Source: Deltaproteobacteria bacterium (lineage in GTDB: Bacteria > Myxococcota_A > UBA9160 > SMWR01). Taken from it: a stretch of DNA of 18,652 bases. The position numbers were made by a program, and so were the translations under genes. Positions 8,502 through 16,339 of this stretch are shown piece after piece. The stretch's first letter is position 1. The number at the start of each line of letters is the position of its first letter. Below the pieces are notes generated by a model. The model saw only the letters and a program-made list of their open reading frames with translations. It was not told the origin of the DNA and searched no databases. The stretch spans positions 1-18,652 of the forward strand of contig JAQBGU010000015.1 of assembly GCA_032128375.1 (NCBI GenBank), read 5' to 3'.

Positions 8502-10298
8502 ATGATTGGAGGGGGCTCCACGCGAAGGGTCGGAGAAAGGCCTGAACGCGCCGCAGCGCTGGCCTGGCCCGTCCTCACCCTGTCGAGAATTTCGCAGGCC
8601 GCCGAAGAGGCGCTGGCTCCCGATCGCTATCGGATCCAGGAGGTCGCGGGTGTCCGCTCACTCGTTTGTGGCGAGGCGCCAGGAGTGGCTGTGCGCCTGC
8701 AGCGTGGCTCGACGGTCGCCGCCTCAGCGGCTCGCCGCGCGCCCCATGGTTCGATCTTCCTGGATGGAGCGGCGGCGGGCGGCCCCTTCGTCGATCCACA
8801 GCGAGCGGTCTACAACCTCGACCACCACGAAGGCTGCGTTCGCCCCTTCACGATGGCGACATGTGAGCAGGCGATGGTACTGATCCGCCGGCTCGTCGAC
8901 CTGCGCCGCCGCGACTGGACCGTTTACGCGAACGATGCCGACCTCGACAGCGTGCTCGCCATCTGGGTGCTGCTCAATCATCTGCGGCTCAACGCGGACG
9001 ACGGCCGGGTACGCGCCGCAGTGATGCCGCTACTGCGACTCGAAAGCACGATCGACGCCCACGGCCTCGAACACATCGACCTGTGTGGGCTCCCGAGCGA
9101 CGAATTGCGCGAGGCTTGGTCGTGGATGGAGGAACTGAGGAACAGGGAACTCGCGATCAAAGAGCGAGGTCTCTGGGGACGCGGCGATCTTCTCGAATAC
9201 CTGGCCGACCGCTTGCGTGCAATCGATGCTCTCGTCTACCCAGCGGATGCGTTCGAAGACGTCCTCGAGATCGAGGAACTCGCGCGTGTTCGGATGAGCG
9301 GCGACTTCGTGTCGGTCGCATGCCGCGCCTCCCAGGGAATCTATGAGGTCGAGCGGCAACTCCGACGCGTGTATGGTGAGCGACTCGGCGTGGTCGTCCT
9401 GCAGACGGACCCTTCGACCTACAGCATTCGGCAGCTCGACCCAGAGCTGCCCGCCAGCCTCGACGAGGTCTATCAACACCTCAACCTGCTGGACCCAGCA
9501 GCGCTGGGCGCGGGGTCGACGAATCGCTGGGGCGGCTCGTCTGAAATCGGCGGATCGCCGCGATCCACAGGCACGCGCCTCGCCGCGGCACGGATCGTCG
9601 AGGTGTGCCGCCACGTTTATGCCGAACAGAGCGTCCTGTCCCGCGTCGCGTGCGTAGGTTGGAGTTTCGCACTGACGGCTGGCGTTGTGCTCGTCGGGTT
9701 GTTGGCGGCGAGCGCGCCGCTGCTTCCGAGCCCGTCGTTCGACGGCGCGGCCTCCTTCGCCGCTGCACTGTCGCTGTGCGCTGCAGCTTCGCTGCTCTTT
9801 GGAGCCAGCCGGGCACCGGGGCTGGTCGGCCTGCGACTGGCCGGGCTCGGGAGCTTCTGGCGCGCTGCACCGGTGGCCGCGTTTGGCGCGCTGGCGGGCG
9901 GTGTCTGGATCCCGCAAGAGGCCGCCGGCTCGTGGCTGGCGCTCGCGACGTCCGCTGGTATGGCTCTTTCAGCCGAGGTGCTGTTTCGGGGCGTCGCATT
10001 CGGCAAACTCGCGTGGGGACTTCGCACGAAGCGCGTGCGGATGTCGGGGCTATTTTCCTGGCCGGTCTGGATCACAGCTCTTCTGTACGCGCCGACCGTT
10101 CTGCTCGTCCCGGTGATGACGGGACCCATCGCCCCGCTGGTACCGGAACTCCCCTCCAGTGCCGTTGCCGTGATAGGCGCGCTGTGTTTCGCTGTCGCAT
10201 CGGGCTGTGCGCGGGAACGCTCGGGCAGCATACTGCCATCGATTGGACTGCATGCGACGGGGATCGCAATCGCGCTCCTGGTTCACTCACAGCTCTAA
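8502..10298 (+). CDS. DHH-like phosphoesterase domain (permuted motifs) fused to C-terminal CPBP/Abi (CAAX protease-like) membrane domain
   Basis: Soluble part has IFLDG, YNLDHHEG, ATCEQ, YANDADLDS, STIDAHG and WGGSSEIGGSPR. The C-terminal part has ~7-8 TM segments with AEVLFRG and RERSGSILPSIGLH. Start uncertain (TTG 8472 or ATG 8502). Confidence 0.7.
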   Translation: MIGGGSTRRVGERPERAAALAWPVLTLSRISQAAEEALAPDRYRIQEVAGVRSLVCGEAPGVAVRLQRGSTVAASAARRAPHGSIFLDGAAAGGPFVDPQRAVYNLDHHEGCVRPFTMATCEQAMVLIRRLVDLRRRDWTVYANDADLDSVLAIWVLLNHLRLNADDGRVRAAVMPLLRLESTIDAHGLEHIDLCGLPSDELREAWSWMEELRNRELAIKERGLWGRGDLLEYLADRLRAIDALVYPADAFEDVLEIEELARVRMSGDFVSVACRASQGIYEVERQLRRVYGERLGVVVLQTDPSTYSIRQLDPELPASLDEVYQHLNLLDPAALGAGSTNRWGGSSEIGGSPRSTGTRLAAARIVEVCRHVYAEQSVLSRVACVGWSFALTAGVVLVGLLAASAPLLPSPSFDGAASFAAALSLCAAASLLFGASRAPGLVGLRLAGLGSFWRAAPVAAFGALAGGVWIPQEAAGSWLALATSAGMALSAEVLFRGVAFGKLAWGLRTKRVRMSGLFSWPVWITALLYAPTVLLVPVMTGPIAPLVPELPSSAVAVIGALCFAVASGCARERSGSILPSIGLHATGIAIALLVHSQL

Positions 10299-10423
10299 TG
10301 CGATTTCGCCGAATTCTTCACCGTCGAACGAGACGGGCAGTGATGGTTCGCGCGGGTTCGATCTCGTGCACTACCGTCACCGGGGTGACTGAGTGGGTCA
10401 TGGCGATCCAGCGACCTCTTGTT

Positions 10424-10458
10424 AGTCACAAGAGTCACAAGAGTCACAAGAGTCACAA
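10424..10458. repeat. 9-bp tandem repeat (AGTCACAAG) x3.9, intergenic
   Basis: AGTCACAAG at 10424, 10433 and 10442, plus AGTCACAA at 10451. Confidence 0.95.
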
Positions 10459-10631
10459 TCGGCAACAGTTCCGCAGAGGGTGGGAGAAGTTGTTCAGGCA
10501 TCTCGCCTGCGTCATGTCAGTCGCCTGGTATCCGCCTCGGGATCGGATCGACGCATTGGCCATCATTTCACGCGGACGAGCATGCAAAGCGCGCATCGAA
10601 TGGAAGTTTGCCCGCGGAAAGGACGTTCTGA

Positions 10632-11210
10632 ATGAGCCCATCGATCTCTCGAACACGCCTGGGTGTCTTCTCGCTGCTGTGGATGTGGGCACTCGCCTGC
10701 GCACCACCTCCCACTTCGCCACCGATCAAGCCGGCGGTGCCTCGAGATACCGGACCAACGCCGGATTTGCGGCAGCATCGCGGCTCCCCGCAGGCCCACT
10801 CGCAGCCCAAACACTCAGCACTCAGCGAGGTCGAGAGCCAGACCTTGGCGGGGATCAACGTCCACCGGACCTCGCTAGGCCTTCGCGCGCTGCGACACGA
10901 CCCGTTCCTTGCGGAAATTGCACGCGCCCACAGCCGTTCAATGGCTGATGGTCAGGCACCACTCGGCCACGACGGGATGTCGAGTCGGACTGCTCAGGTC
11001 CGCGCATTCATGCCATCTCGGCGCGTCGCAGAGAACGTTTCGAAGAGTAGCCGAGCGTTGAATCAAGTTGCGGGCGCCGCGGTCACGGGCTGGCTGGCCA
11101 GTCCGGTTCATCTTCGCAACATCGACGGGCCCTATTCGACGACTGGAATCGGCGCTGCCCGCAGCGCCCAGGGTGTCACGTTCATGACCCAGATCTTCGC
11201 CGAAAACTGA
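10632..11210 (+). CDS. CAP (SCP/PR-1) domain lipoprotein (192 aa)
   Basis: Lipobox-like ALAC, a Pro-rich linker, then INVHRTSLGLRAL, LAEIARAHSRSMA, GHDG, VAENV, GWLASPVHLRNI, TGIG and TQIF. Confidence 0.9.
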   Translation: MSPSISRTRLGVFSLLWMWALACAPPPTSPPIKPAVPRDTGPTPDLRQHRGSPQAHSQPKHSALSEVESQTLAGINVHRTSLGLRALRHDPFLAEIARAHSRSMADGQAPLGHDGMSSRTAQVRAFMPSRRVAENVSKSSRALNQVAGAAVTGWLASPVHLRNIDGPYSTTGIGAARSAQGVTFMTQIFAEN

Positions 11211-11211
11211 G

Positions 11212-11238
11212 AGCGCGACCCGTCTCGGGTCGCGCTTT
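11212..11238. terminator. Hairpin between convergent genes, probable intrinsic terminator
   Basis: Perfect 11-bp stem AGCGCGACCCG-tct-CGGGTCGCGCT, 1 nt after the CAP stop. The T tail is short. Confidence 0.65.
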
Positions 11239-11274
11239 GCGAAGGTCTGTGCGGCGGCGTTCGTCGAGGGCCGC

Positions 11275-13233
11275 TCAGGCTGCGTAGGAGAGGTAGAAGC
11301 TGCCCGCCAGCATCGCGAGCCAGGCGAAGGACACAGCGCGTACGATGGTAAAACCGCGCCGGGCGAGCCAATCGTCCCAGCTGCGCAGTCCCAGTGCGAA
11401 GAACAGTGATAGAGCGGGCGTGGTCGCGAGGCCGTAGAAGGCCTTGGCCTGGCCTACGTATGGCAGCCACAGTGTGGTGTAGAAGATGGAAAAACCTGTT
11501 GCCGCGCAGAACAGCGCGATCAACGCAAACGACGCGCGGCGCCCCGCAGCGGGATCGACCAGCGCGAGTCGTACCCCGCGTGCAAATCCGCTCGCGAGCA
11601 GCAACGTGACCGGGAGGGCGAGCGCGTAGCCGGCAGACATCCAGGTGTAGTTCCAGCCCGTGTGACGGAAGCGCAACATCGTCCGCCCACCGATGAAACC
11701 GTCACCCCAGAGCGTAGAGTACAAAGCGTCCCAGAACGAAACGAAGCCCGACAGGTACGGTCGGACAAGCGCTTCACCAAAGCTCAAGTAATAGGTGGGC
11801 GTGTGGAAGCCCGGTGGAGACCACCAGACGCGGGTCGCGCCAGACAGGTTCCAGTTGCCGACCAGAGCTTGAAACAGCATGACGTTGCGCGTGTAGAACC
11901 AACCGCAGATCAAAAGAGCCGGTAGCGTGAGTGCCGCAAAGCGCAGCACCCGCTCGGTCGGCCGCGCACGCGGCTCGAGCACGATCTTGAGGCCGACAGC
12001 GCCCGCCGCGCACGCCACCGTGACAAGTGCCGTGAATTTGGTGAGCAGTGCCAGGCCGAGCAACGTCGAGAGGGCGAGAATTCGCCAAGCGTCGAGGCGA
12101 TCTCGCATCAAGAGATCGGCCGCGATGAACAGCGCGCAGCCCGAAAGCAACGAGTGCAGTCCTTCGTTTGACAGATAGGCGGCGATGTAGAGGTTCATCG
12201 GCAGCACCGCGGCGAACAGCGTCGCGTACAACCAGATGCTGCGATCGCCGGGTGCGAGCCGTCGCGCGAGGGCCGCTGCTACCGCGACGTTTCCAAGCCC
12301 CGTCAGGAAGGGCAGCAGTCGAAGCGCAGGAAGACTTGCGCCCAATCGTTGCAGCTGTGCGCACAACCAGTGAAACAAAGGAGGGTGATAGGTCGACCAG
12401 CCCTCGGTGGCGAGCGGCGACCCCCCCTCGGCCATCAGCTCGATGTAGGCGAGATGCATGGCCGAGTCGAAGCCGACGGGCCGTGCCAGCCCGCGGAATT
12501 TGGTCACGAACAGCGCCGTCCACAGAGCCACGACCAATAGCCCCACCGCCCAGACGAGCCAGCTCGTGTCAAGCTGATCACCACGCCAGCGCATGGCGAA
12601 CGTCCCCGCGCCAAGCAGCGCCAACGCCGCGAGCGCCGGAGCGAGTTGCGCCAATGCGGTCGCCGGGGCTTCTCCGAGTTCGGCGTCCGGGGCGCGTCGC
12701 ACGTCGCTCGCAATGAGGGCCCGCACGGTTTCGCCCCCGCGAATGTCGGCGTGCCACTCGTTGCCACTGGCGATCTCGAATCCGTCGCCCTCGAGTCGAA
12801 GGGAGAGCAGTGCCGGACCCCTCTTGTTGCGAACCTCTGCACGCAACTTGTTTTCGCCTGGCCTCAACCAACCGGCGACGTCTATTTCACGGAAGTGTCT
12901 CCAATTCGCGCCCGGCTCTGTGGGAAGCGCCACCGGCGAGTCGTTCACGAATAGTTCGAGTTCACCGAAGGAGCGAACAACGAGCGCAGCCGTCGCGGGG
13001 GGGTGTGACAGCTCGAAGGATCGGAAGAAACCCGTCAGCGGGCCTTCGCTTTGGCCCCACTGCTGAAGCTCCGCAGTCACCGGCGTGGCAGCCATGATCC
13101 AGGGCGCGCGTTCATTGCTCAAGATCACAGCGCCTTCGGGTGCGACCAACCCCCGATGGGCTGCGAGCCCAATGGCGAGCAGGGCGAGCGAGATCACGCC
13201 CACTCTCAAGAGCCGCTCAGCGCGCCCCGCCAT
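11275..13233 (-). CDS. GT-C fold (ArnT/PMT-like, GT39/GT83) glycosyltransferase with N-terminal periplasmic beta-sandwich domain
   Basis: An N-terminal TM, then a soluble segment (FFRSFEL, ELFVND, IDVAGWLRPGENKLRAEVRN). Multi-TM region with GFDSAMHLAYI, YHPPLFHWL, YLSNEGL and GLALLTKFTA. Start is ATG 13233 or TTG 13251. Confidence 0.8.
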   Translation of the reverse strand: MAGRAERLLRVGVISLALLAIGLAAHRGLVAPEGAVILSNERAPWIMAATPVTAELQQWGQSEGPLTGFFRSFELSHPPATAALVVRSFGELELFVNDSPVALPTEPGANWRHFREIDVAGWLRPGENKLRAEVRNKRGPALLSLRLEGDGFEIASGNEWHADIRGGETVRALIASDVRRAPDAELGEAPATALAQLAPALAALALLGAGTFAMRWRGDQLDTSWLVWAVGLLVVALWTALFVTKFRGLARPVGFDSAMHLAYIELMAEGGSPLATEGWSTYHPPLFHWLCAQLQRLGASLPALRLLPFLTGLGNVAVAAALARRLAPGDRSIWLYATLFAAVLPMNLYIAAYLSNEGLHSLLSGCALFIAADLLMRDRLDAWRILALSTLLGLALLTKFTALVTVACAAGAVGLKIVLEPRARPTERVLRFAALTLPALLICGWFYTRNVMLFQALVGNWNLSGATRVWWSPPGFHTPTYYLSFGEALVRPYLSGFVSFWDALYSTLWGDGFIGGRTMLRFRHTGWNYTWMSAGYALALPVTLLLASGFARGVRLALVDPAAGRRASFALIALFCAATGFSIFYTTLWLPYVGQAKAFYGLATTPALSLFFALGLRSWDDWLARRGFTIVRAVSFAWLAMLAGSFYLSYAA

Positions 13234-13257
13234 CACTTCACGATCGTCCAAGCGTCG

Positions 13258-14949
13258 TCACTCAACGCGGAATCCTCTCTTGGGCTGATAGATGAGCTTG
13301 TGCGGCCGCCCGACGCGCACGGACCAGAACACTCTCTCCCCCTCGCGGTCGAGGTGAACCTGCCGACTAACAGAATCGTCGTCGAGCGCGATGATCGCAG
13401 CCAGAAAGTCATTGCCATATCCCATCAGGTCGTATTTCATCGCGTGGACCAAGTAGACGTCGCCCGACACGCCGGCCCGCACCCACTCCCCGTTGTTGGC
13501 CGCGACGCGGCGAATTCCCCAGAAGGGTTCCTCGAGCCGCGGACCGTCTGATGGCAGCAGGAACGAAAGGGACTGGTGGAAGCCCCAGTCGAGGCTGACG
13601 AGGTTGTCGTCGGCGGAAAGTGACGGATCGGCGGCGAAAGCGTTCAGTGCATCGGACCACCAGCCGCGACCGCCCGTTTTCGCGATCAGCTGAGCCGTGC
13701 GAATGTCGATCGCGACGCTCCCCACCAGTGCTAGCGCGGCCACTGCGGCGACGGTCGCGCGCACCAGGCTGTGTCGTGTGCGCCACCCCACTGAGAGCAC
13801 GGCCGCGACCGCGAGGTGCGGCAATGGCAGGACGTTCAGGAAGTGATGAATGCGCGAGGCTCCGGGGAAAAGAAGCACACCGATCGTTGCGAGGACGAAT
13901 GCGACCCATACGAAGACCAGCGGTCCGCGCGCTTCCCGCGTTTCTCGGAGGGCGAGAAGCACGAGCGTCGGCTCGCTCGCGAGCGCCACAACGCCGAAGA
14001 ACCCGAATCCGACGTCCGACGGATCAAAGAGACGCTCGAAGCGTCCGCCCACGGCCATCAGACGCACGAAGTACGTGCCGTCGAGCGTCGTCCAGGCGGC
14101 GAGCAGCTTCTCCACGCTGTCGTCCTGCCGCGAGAGGCTCTGCGCCACGGCCCCCATCTCCGCGAGTGAGGCGATCATCGGTGCCGCGGTAACCCCTAGC
14201 GCGGTGGCGAATAGGACGAGGCCCACGCGGCGTTCGCGAATCCGCGCGCGAAGCGCGTCGCCCCCGGCGTGCGCGGCAGCGAGCGCCGCGCAGACTGTTG
14301 CAGCGAGGCACACGACAACGTCGACCTTGTTGTAGATGCCGAGTCCGAACGCGGTCCCCGCCAGCAGCGCCGTCCAGAGGCGACCGTCTACCAGGAAGCG
14401 AATGGCGAACAGCAGGCCGGCCGAGCGGAACATGAATCCACTTGCAAACGGGCCCCAGTCGTGTCGCGCGACAAAAAAGAAGCTCGGATCGGTAGCCAGC
14501 AACAGCCCCATCGCGATCGCCGCTCCGCTTCCGATCAGTCGCTCCGCAAAAAGCATCGCGAACAGCAGCCCGAAGAGCGCAATGGACAACGTCGTCGTGC
14601 GCAGCACTACCGGGGTCGCACCGAAGAGTGCAAAGCTCGGGATGAGGAGTTGGTCTTTGATGGCGCCCAGGTAAACTTGTGTCATCCACGGCAACGGACG
14701 CCCAAACAGAGGCACCGTGGTGGCGCCCGGCAGTCTGCCGCGAGACGTACTCTCGAGAAAATTACGCGCGCTGCCGGCTTGGATTACCTCGTCATAGTAG
14801 ACGCCGGGCGCGTCGCCAATCCATATTGATGCGGCGAGGCTCGCGATCGCGATCGCGAGCCAGCATGCGATGACCGGTGAACGCCGCCGGTGGGTCGGCG
14901 TGCTCAACGGTGCTGCCCAGTATCGAGTCGCACCACCGGACAATAACAC
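13258..14949 (-). CDS. GT-C fold (ArnT/PMT-like) glycosyltransferase
   Basis: PGVYYDEVIQ (first-loop DE motif), LLLATDPSFFF, GLGIYNK and RIHHFLNVLP, with many TM segments and a C-terminal periplasmic domain. Start uncertain. Appears co-transcribed with the downstream GT-C gene. Confidence 0.8.
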   Translation of the reverse strand: MLLSGGATRYWAAPLSTPTHRRRSPVIACWLAIAIASLAASIWIGDAPGVYYDEVIQAGSARNFLESTSRGRLPGATTVPLFGRPLPWMTQVYLGAIKDQLLIPSFALFGATPVVLRTTTLSIALFGLLFAMLFAERLIGSGAAIAMGLLLATDPSFFFVARHDWGPFASGFMFRSAGLLFAIRFLVDGRLWTALLAGTAFGLGIYNKVDVVVCLAATVCAALAAAHAGGDALRARIRERRVGLVLFATALGVTAAPMIASLAEMGAVAQSLSRQDDSVEKLLAAWTTLDGTYFVRLMAVGGRFERLFDPSDVGFGFFGVVALASEPTLVLLALRETREARGPLVFVWVAFVLATIGVLLFPGASRIHHFLNVLPLPHLAVAAVLSVGWRTRHSLVRATVAAVAALALVGSVAIDIRTAQLIAKTGGRGWWSDALNAFAADPSLSADDNLVSLDWGFHQSLSFLLPSDGPRLEEPFWGIRRVAANNGEWVRAGVSGDVYLVHAMKYDLMGYGNDFLAAIIALDDDSVSRQVHLDREGERVFWSVRVGRPHKLIYQPKRGFRVE

Positions 14950-15427
14950 ACAGACTTTCGGTTACCGCGCGCGCACGTCTTGCGAAGCCATCAGGGACGA
15001 TTGCCGCAACGGCTTCGGTCAAATCGCGACAGCGTCGCGATGACGAGCCGAGGATCGATTGCCCGCGCTAGTTTTGTCCGCAACTTCGTTGGCCCGGCAG
15101 GCGCAACCGCTCCGACCGCGTTCTCGCGGCAACGCCGAACCGACCGGCCGCCAGCTTGCACCGACTCGCGGCTATTCGTGGGTTTCCGAAGCCCTCGCCG
15201 ACGCCGCGATCCCCAGATCCCCGATCATGCGCAACGCCATTTGGTGATCAGGAAAACCGATAGCATCCGAATAGTTACCTACCGCATTTCATATAGCATG
15301 AAGCATGGTCAGAGCACAGTGACACGCATCTATGTGATTTTTCTGGCAGGCGTTATGTCGAAGGGATCGCCAATCGATCGCAGCGCTACGTCGGCGCGGA
15401 GGCCGTGGGTGGGGCTGCCTGAACGAC

Positions 15428-15626
15428 GTGACGACCAGAGGGGCCGGGATCGTGGAAGTGGATGCGCGAGCTGCTCAACGATGCGGAATCAGGCAAGGCA
15501 CTCCGGATCGGTTCCGGCATGTGGTCGACACACTTCTACTCCGAATCGGGAGCGACTTCGCAATGATGCGCGAACTGCTCGACTATCGCAGTCACGAGCA
15601 GATACCTGGGCGCATCCTCCGAGTGA
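15428..15626 (+). pseudogene. Decayed C-terminal remnant of a tyrosine recombinase (XerC/D/integrase family)
   Basis: TTRGAGIV...AAQRCGIRQGTPDRFRHVVDTLLLRIGSDFAMMRELLDY, and after a frameshift IAVTSRYLG. This parallels the box II pattern HxxRH...LL..G.D...vqeLLGH....T.rY. Confidence 0.65.
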
Positions 15627-15774
15627 GCCGAAGCCGTCACCGCCGGTAGCTCCGCTGGTCACCTCGCGACATGAGCCCACATCACGCGGCTGAGTCGGGC
15701 GGCGGACCGCGAGCGATTCAGATCGCGCAGACGCTATGGCCTCCTCCGATACAGAGGCCGACACCTAGGCCAGG

Positions 15775-16273
15775 AAAAATTTCACTCGCGTCGGGTGTGG
15801 TTTCTAGGTGATCGACAGCGTTCTCAGAACTTGCCCGCTGGGACAGGCAGCACCGGATTGAGAAATCGAACGAAACCCAGCCGAACGGCCGTCGCTTGGC
15901 CGTCGATTTCGACGCTTGCGCGTACCCCACAGTCGATCAGGTATCGATAGGCGAATCGAATGTCGGCTTCGAGGGATCGGGTTCCGATTTCGTCGAGACG
16001 ATCGCGAAGGCGGGGTACCTCTGAAGGATGACGGGCGACGCTCTTCGCCACCCGCCATCCGCTAAGATCGCGATACTCCGTCTGATCGCATTGCAAGCCC
16101 GTCACATCTGCGGCGCGCCGAGCATCGTCATCCGGTACGAACAGGTAGGGATGAAAACGATCGTCTTCGACGCAAAATGCGCGACCATCTTCGAGCCGCC
16201 CGAACAATTGAATGACGGGTCGCTCGTCTCGAGTCCGATAGGTGGGTTGAAGTATGAAGCCGCGGGCCAGCAT
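15775..16273 (-). pseudogene. polB: DNA polymerase II (family B) 5' fragment, frameshifted and truncated at the ExoI motif
   Basis: MLARGFILQPTYR...IQLFGRLEDG...FHPYLFV...LEADIRFAYRYLIDCGV...FLNPVL, followed by LRTLSI in a second frame and LETTPDASEIF in a third. One missing G at 15809/15810 would restore SIDLET. Confidence 0.82.
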
Positions 16274-16339
16274 GTCAGGCGGGACGCGTGCCCGCTGCGA
16301 CACGGTAGTCGGCCGAGTTCGTTGTCGCCCGTCAATTCG

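Noticed and set aside
10424..10458. Tandem repeat as a CRISPR array
   Set aside because: Units are 9 bp with no spacers, and no cas genes are present.
14840..14860. Palindromic CGCGATCGCGATCGCG run
   Set aside because: Explained by Ala-Ile-Ala-Ile-Ala codons within the GT-C gene.
15250..15350. AT-rich patch as a dif/att recombination site
   Set aside because: Only a 5-bp inverted repeat (TTCAT-N5-ATGAA) is present, with no dif consensus and no partner repeat in the window.
14980..15693. 237-aa ORF in the GT-C/polB gap
   Set aside because: Arg/Ser/Pro-rich with no motifs. It crosses an AT-rich promoter-like patch and the recombinase remnant.
16028..16339. N-terminal extension of the sulfatase-like ORF
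   Set aside because: It overlaps the polB fragment on the opposite strand, and the lipoprotein signal begins at ATG 16340.
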